Source of the DNA: a bacterium
Lineage (GTDB): Bacteria; Bacteroidota; Ignavibacteria; UBA10030
Assembly (NCBI GenBank): GCA_043803945.1
Contig: JAZDJN010000001.1
Coordinates: 1 to 10,288, forward strand
DNA length: 10,288 bases
Direction: 5' to 3'
The position numbers and the translations under genes were made by a program. Of the stretch, positions 7,629 through 10,288 are shown piece by piece. Position 1 is the stretch's first letter; the number at the start of each line of letters is the position of its first letter. Under the pieces are notes generated by a model. The model had not been told where the DNA came from, made no database searches, and saw only the letters and a list, made by a program, of their open reading frames with translations.

Positions 7629-8500
7629 ACGCACCTCAACAACAAATAGACGAGTTTCTTGGAATGCTCCCTGTTTATGAACTCTCCTCAGGGCAGCATC
7701 GCTCAACATTTGAGCAGATCCGGAATCGATTAAGTTCCACATCGGATTTTGATGAGGAGTTAAAAACACTTTTCAAGGTCGAGGGATTCTCAGATTTTGC
7801 GCTTGGACTGATGTTCCTTGCTGATAAATTAGCGAAGAATCCGCTGGCCATGGCCTCTGCTGATGATGAGGAGAGGATATTCTACAGTTTTAGATCTGCC
7901 GTTGGCGAAGATCCGGGTGTGGGTACTCCAGTGGAAGAGCCATCAATCCAGGAAGAGCCCACATTTGCTGCCCTGCAACCCGAAGAACCTGCAGCGGAAT
8001 ATACTGCCGAGGAGCCTGGCTCAACCTTCCCGATGGTTGAAGAAGAATCGCCAACGCCGGTGATGGAGCAGCCGATAAGCGAATCGGAACCATCCTATGA
8101 ACTGCCTTCTCTTGAAGAATCGCCTGCTGAATCCTTTAATGAGGGTTCCGCTGGCCTGTTTGATGAAATGGGATTCTCTGTACTCCTCGATCAATTTGTC
8201 GAAGCAATGCAGGGTGGCGATGAGAATCGGGAGACACTGATGAACGAGGTGATGATGCAATGCAATATGGCATTGTCAGGAGAAGAGCCGGAAGATTTTA
8301 AGGAATTCTGCCAGCGACTTTCTGAGTTTCTCATGTACATATCGGTGAACCAGTATCTCGATGATGTGCGGGTGATGAACATCCTCGCCAATATCTCAAG
8401 TCCGGTACAGCTATGGACCACAACCGCCCCTGATGCGCGGGCCGGTTTGCTCGAGGATGCCACAGGACCCTTGAGAGAATTCAAATCGATGTTTGAATAG
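7625..8500 (+). CDS. Hypothetical acidic protein: two helical-looking regions joined by a Glu/Pro-rich linker
   Basis: 291-aa ORF with an ATGA overlap with the alr stop and an 11-nt gap to manC. No family recognised. Confidence 0.85.
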   Translation: MNAPQQQIDEFLGMLPVYELSSGQHRSTFEQIRNRLSSTSDFDEELKTLFKVEGFSDFALGLMFLADKLAKNPLAMASADDEERIFYSFRSAVGEDPGVGTPVEEPSIQEEPTFAALQPEEPAAEYTAEEPGSTFPMVEEESPTPVMEQPISESEPSYELPSLEESPAESFNEGSAGLFDEMGFSVLLDQFVEAMQGGDENRETLMNEVMMQCNMALSGEEPEDFKEFCQRLSEFLMYISVNQYLDDVRVMNILANISSPVQLWTTTAPDARAGLLEDATGPLREFKSMFE

Positions 8501-8511
8501 CGGAAAACACA

Positions 8512-9600
8512 ATGGCCCAGACATTCGCAGTGATTATGGCAGGAGGTATTGGTTCTCGTTTTTGGCCGAGGAGCCGCGAGAAAACACCAAAGCAGCTTCT
8601 GGAAATTATCGGTGAAGGAACGATGATCGAGAATTCGCTCGCGCGCATCGAGCCGCTCGCCGAACGAATGAACACGTTCATCGTTACAAACAAGGCACAG
8701 TATGAAAATCTTCTGAAGCAGGTTCCTTTTCTGCCCAAGGAGAATATTCTGATCGAACCGATTGGACGAAATACAGCTCCCTGTATCGGCCTTGCAGCAT
8801 TATGGATTCAGCACATCGACCCGAACGCCTTAATGCTGGTCTTGCCGGCCGATCATCTGGTCCGGGATACCGACGAGTTCGTCCGCATCCTCTATCTTGC
8901 CCTGAAAGTTGCCGAGGAACAGGATGCCCTGGTCACCATCGGTATCAAACCAACGCGCCCGGAAACCGGCTACGGCTATATTCAGATCGAAGAAGAAGAG
9001 CATGACCGGAATCAATACCGGTCGGATGGCGTGTACCGCGTCAAAACTTTTGCAGAGAAACCAAACCTGGAAACGGCGCAGCAGTTCCTCGATAGTGGTG
9101 ACTTCCTCTGGAACAGCGGTATGTTTATGTGGAAAGCTGATGTGATCCTGCGTCAGATTGAACAACATCTCCCCGAAATGTACGAGATACTTTCCTCTTT
9201 GAAAAAGCATTTTGGTCTGCCGACTTATAAAAGCGCATTGCAGGAGGTTTATAGTCTCATCCGGGGAATTTCGATTGACTACGGTGTCATGGAGAAGGCA
9301 AACAATGTCTATGTCGTCAAAGGGGATTTTGGCTGGAGCGATATCGGATCGTGGGATGAAGTGGTCAGGTTGACACCGAAGGATGATAACTCCAATTCCT
9401 TCAGGGGTAAAGTTATTCCAATCGACTCGAAAAATAACTATATCGATGCCGGCTCAAAACTGGTGGCAACGGTCGGCGTGGAAGACCTCATCATCATTAA
9501 CACCGATGATGCCATTCTGGTCTGCCGTAAAGGGCAATCTCAGGATGTCAAAGAAATTATCGATTACATGCGGCGTAAGCAGATGAATGAATACTTCTAG
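8512..9600 (+). CDS. manC: Mannose-1-phosphate guanylyltransferase (monofunctional length)
   Basis: VIMAGGIGSRFWPRSR..PKQ, EPIGRNTAPCI, LPADH, PETGYGYI, FAEKP, WNSGMF, SIDYGVMEKA and WSDIGSW motifs; 362 aa with no C-terminal cupin PMI domain. Confidence 0.96.
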   Translation: MAQTFAVIMAGGIGSRFWPRSREKTPKQLLEIIGEGTMIENSLARIEPLAERMNTFIVTNKAQYENLLKQVPFLPKENILIEPIGRNTAPCIGLAALWIQHIDPNALMLVLPADHLVRDTDEFVRILYLALKVAEEQDALVTIGIKPTRPETGYGYIQIEEEEHDRNQYRSDGVYRVKTFAEKPNLETAQQFLDSGDFLWNSGMFMWKADVILRQIEQHLPEMYEILSSLKKHFGLPTYKSALQEVYSLIRGISIDYGVMEKANNVYVVKGDFGWSDIGSWDEVVRLTPKDDNSNSFRGKVIPIDSKNNYIDAGSKLVATVGVEDLIIINTDDAILVCRKGQSQDVKEIIDYMRRKQMNEYF

Positions 9601-9610
9601 ACCATATCCT

Positions 9611-10084
9611 ATGCCTCTTCTCATTTCTCTCCTTCTTTGCGTGACACTCACAGGGTGCTCAGTCGCTCCCCGCTTTGCGACACAAGGAAGGTCTGGGAGT
9701 GCTCCCTCTGCTCCTCCTCCACAGGAGAACAAGGAAGAGGTGAGTGCGCCGGTTGTGAAGAATCCCGGCAAGGTACTCCTCACACTCGAAGGGATTGCCT
9801 CCTACTACGCCGATGAGTTCCATGGCCGTCAGACCTCGAATGGTGAGGTCTATGATAAGAATGCCTTGACGGCTGCACATCGAACATTTCCGTTCGGGAC
9901 ACTGGTTCGGGTTACCAATCTGGAACAGAACCTCAGCACTATCGTGAGGGTGAACGATCGCGGCCCATTCAAGGAAGGCCGTCTCATCGATCTCTCCGAG
10001 GGTGCAGCAAAAGAACTTGGCATGATCCAGAAGGGGACCGCCAGGGTGAAACTTGAAGTTTTAGAATGGGGGAGAGGACAGTAG
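9611..10084 (+). CDS. rlpA: RlpA-family (septal ring lytic transglycosylase) lipoprotein, DPBB domain only
   Basis: Lipobox LTGC; GIASYY, TSNGEVYD, LTAAHRTFPFGT, VRVNDRGPF and IDLSEGAA motifs. Start is ATG 9611 or 9587. Confidence 0.93.
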   Translation: MPLLISLLLCVTLTGCSVAPRFATQGRSGSAPSAPPPQENKEEVSAPVVKNPGKVLLTLEGIASYYADEFHGRQTSNGEVYDKNALTAAHRTFPFGTLVRVTNLEQNLSTIVRVNDRGPFKEGRLIDLSEGAAKELGMIQKGTARVKLEVLEWGRGQ

Positions 10085-10118
10085 TCCCTTCCAATATGTT
10101 CTCCCTCCTTCCTCTAGA

Positions 10119-10273
10119 AACTTGGACGAAAAGTCCAACCACAAAGGACACTAAGGATGCGAAGAATAAAAAGAAAAAGGAGTAATGGAAATTTAAATTA
10201 ATTCAACAGTTTTTCCTTTGTGTCCTTGGTGAACTTTTCAGCCAGAGGCTGATGCGCCTTTGGTGCAGTGGTT
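10119..10273 (+). repeat. Composite palindromic element, copy B
   Basis: Hairpin at 10119-10141. Left arm AACCACAAAGGACACTAAGGATGCGAAG (10137-10164). Right arm CTTTGTGTCCTTGGTGAACTTT|GTGGTT is interrupted by a 30-nt double hairpin (10238-10267). Confidence 0.85.
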
Positions 10274-10288
10274 TGATTATGTTCTTAA

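Overview
A bacterial chromosomal window. The separate atpD-atpC unit, the TonB receptor architecture and a ypdA remnant suggest the Bacteroidota/Ignavibacteria/Chlorobi group; this is an inference. All genes lie on the + strand: the 3' end of a group II intron (DV and DVI, ending at 120), tRNA-Thr(CGT), a TonB-dependent receptor, an internally deleted ypdA-like pseudogene, atpD-atpC with a terminator, then alr, an acidic hypothetical protein, manC and rlpA. The unusual content is non-coding. (1) The intact tRNA-Thr(CGT) at 516-587 sits inside an inverted-repeat-bounded insert in the anticodon arm of a second, disrupted tRNA-Thr-like gene (475-706), whose T-loop is also split by a 54-nt insertion. 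(2) Small palindromic modules insert into one another and into the tRNA with no visible target duplication. (3) The group II intron is inserted exactly at the TGG terminus of a repeat family that has two intron-free copies here. (4) In those two copies the inverted-repeat body lies in opposite orientations relative to a shared 23-nt hairpin. No transposase or recombinase is encoded in the window.
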